17,247 bases of DNA from Candidatus Altarchaeum sp. (lineage in GTDB: Archaea; Altiarchaeota; Altiarchaeia; Altiarchaeales; Altiarchaeaceae), in the NCBI GenBank assembly GCA_018260615.1, contig JAGWDQ010000147.1, forward strand, positions 1 through 17,247. Reading direction: 5' to 3'. The position numbers and the translations under genes are program-made. The notes beneath the pieces were generated by a model, which worked only from the letters and a program-made list of their open reading frames with translations, was not told the origin of the DNA and did no database searches. Numbering within the stretch: the first letter of the stretch is position 1; the number at the start of each line of letters is the position of its first letter. This document shows positions 15,713-17,247 of the stretch, piece after piece.

Positions 15713-15728
15713 AATAGCAGAATATAGA

Positions 15729-16526
15729 TTATTCCACAAATATAAGTCCGTCCGCTATTCCTTTTACAATATCTGTCTTTGTAACCATTCCGAAATTTCC
15801 GTCTTCCTCAATAACAGGTATTCCTGAAATATTATTTTCAAGCATGAGTTTTGCCGCATCTTTTATCTTTACATCACTATTTAATGTTTTTAAGTCCTTT
15901 TTCATAAAATCAGAGACCTTTAATAACTTTATATCCGGATGCGAGTAATCGGCAGTTAAATCCCTGAATAATTTCAGTGCGTGTGCAATATTCTTTTCCG
16001 TTATAATCCCTGACAATGCATCATCTTCTTTATCAACAACCAAAAGCCGGTGTATTCCGTTTTTTTCCATTATTTTTCTTGCAGATACAACTGTATCTGT
16101 TTGGGAGACAGAAATTGCATTTTTTGTATATATCATAGAAACAGGAACCTCTGAATTTAATGCCTGTTTGAGCAAATCCGTCTTTGTTATTAAATTTATA
16201 GAATTGTTTTTATTGTCCTCAATTATTACCGAAGAAATTTTATTTTTAATCATAATCTCTGCTATTTCTCTTGTTGTGGAAGATGGTTTTGCAGTAATAA
16301 TGTCTTTTGTCATTGCAGATGAAACCCTGATTCTTGCATTGCTTAAATTTTTTCTCTTTCTCGGATTGTTTAATGCCTTTGTTATATCTAAATAGGTTAC
16401 TATTCCTATAAGTTGCCCATCATCAACCACAAGCAACCTTGAAATTTTATTCTTATCCATTAATTTCAATGCGTAACTGCATGTTTTTCCCTTATCTACA
16501 ACTATTAAATTTTCAAATTTTGACAT
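15729..16526 (-). CDS. CBS-domain protein (four CBS motifs, two Bateman modules)
   Basis: 265 aa with M..NKISRLLVVDDGQLIGIVT..DI, MIKNKISSVII...ITKTDL, MEKNGIHRLLVV...GIITEKNI and MLENNISGIPV...GMVTKTDI. Confidence 0.9.
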   Translation of the reverse strand: MSKFENLIVVDKGKTCSYALKLMDKNKISRLLVVDDGQLIGIVTYLDITKALNNPRKRKNLSNARIRVSSAMTKDIITAKPSSTTREIAEIMIKNKISSVIIEDNKNNSINLITKTDLLKQALNSEVPVSMIYTKNAISVSQTDTVVSARKIMEKNGIHRLLVVDKEDDALSGIITEKNIAHALKLFRDLTADYSHPDIKLLKVSDFMKKDLKTLNSDVKIKDAAKLMLENNISGIPVIEEDGNFGMVTKTDIVKGIADGLIFVE

Positions 16527-16614
16527 TTTACTATATTCAGCATAACAACTTATTAATTTTATTAATTAATTTTCAGACCTTATTTTTCTTATGATTATAA
16601 GCGTATAAGCGTAT

Positions 16615-17073
16615 TTAATAATTATTAAAGTGCATTAGAAATATTCCTTTTTCCTCCCTAAATTTATCCAAAATTGACCATAACATAGCAATACACATTC
16701 CGGTTACTATTAAAATCCAAATAACGGATATAACTGCTAATTCAACACTATTTACTATCATGCTCCACATACAAACAAATGCACCGCACATAAATAGAAC
16801 TGCTACAATAGAGAAATTAATAAAATTTTTTCTTACATATTCACACACCCTAATAAACGCAGTAGAGACAGATATCTGTTCTATCATCTCCTTATTCTCA
16901 AAGAACATTACTTTGGATCGCTCAGGTGCCGTCAAAAAATTGTCCATTTCGCTTTTTATTTTTTTATCATCTACCCGACTAATCATACTTACAATCAATG
17001 AAAGAAAAGAAAACGAAATTCCTGCAAAAATGAGGAAAGAACCAAGATTGTTTATTAAAATTTCTGCATGCAT
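16615..17073 (-). CDS. Hypothetical membrane protein (about three TM)
   Basis: The ORF track gives 16615-17217. I prefer the ATG at 17073 (TAA-A-ATG; MHAEILINNLGSFLIFAG), giving 152 aa. There is one N-terminal and two C-terminal hydrophobic helices. Confidence 0.55.
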   Translation of the reverse strand: MHAEILINNLGSFLIFAGISFSFLSLIVSMISRVDDKKIKSEMDNFLTAPERSKVMFFENKEMIEQISVSTAFIRVCEYVRKNFINFSIVAVLFMCGAFVCMWSMIVNSVELAVISVIWILIVTGMCIAMLWSILDKFREEKGIFLMHFNNY

Positions 17074-17247
17074 TTTATAATTTATTTTCTTCGGATAGTC
17101 CGATATCATCACAATCATCTTTCCAAATTGCGTTAAACCCATCCACCAAATATTTTGCAAAAGGATCGTCATAAAATATTTTATTTTTATATTAGAGTGG
17201 TTGCGAATTAAGAACATCCGCCCTTAAATTACTAAATTTTTCTGATT

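Noticed and set aside
2539-17080. Short ORFs antisense to or nested in real genes (2539, 3105, 3561, 5742, 6497, 6869, 7039, 7100, 9109, 9113, 9612, 10326, 10934, 11207, 11239, 11486, 13424, 14665, 14751, 15037, 16168, 16760)
   Set aside because: These are shadow frames of well-supported genes, with no recognisable motifs.

Overview
An AT-rich archaeal chromosomal segment. The archaeal-type priS, cmk, signal peptidase I, SelB-like gene, OapA/OapB and split carB, together with the A/T-tract intergenic DNA, suggest a DPANN-associated lineage such as Altiarchaeota; this is an inference, not a database result. Housekeeping genes alternate with two apparently acquired inserts: a two-gene ABC/AAA-type ATPase + PIN-domain nuclease cassette (2265-4135), which is the best candidate for an uncharacterised defence or toxin-antitoxin system, and a DUF1016/YhcG PD-(D/E)XK nuclease gene (13814-14956). 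Non-coding DNA holds a ~210 bp minisatellite in a G-free tract and a dispersed mosaic family of short palindromic elements, with pieces at ~131-275, 4284-4333, 8024-8285 and 14954-14973. The rpiA gene has an in-frame TAA at codon 11 that the ORF track hides. I found no rRNA, tRNA, CRISPR array or transposase gene.
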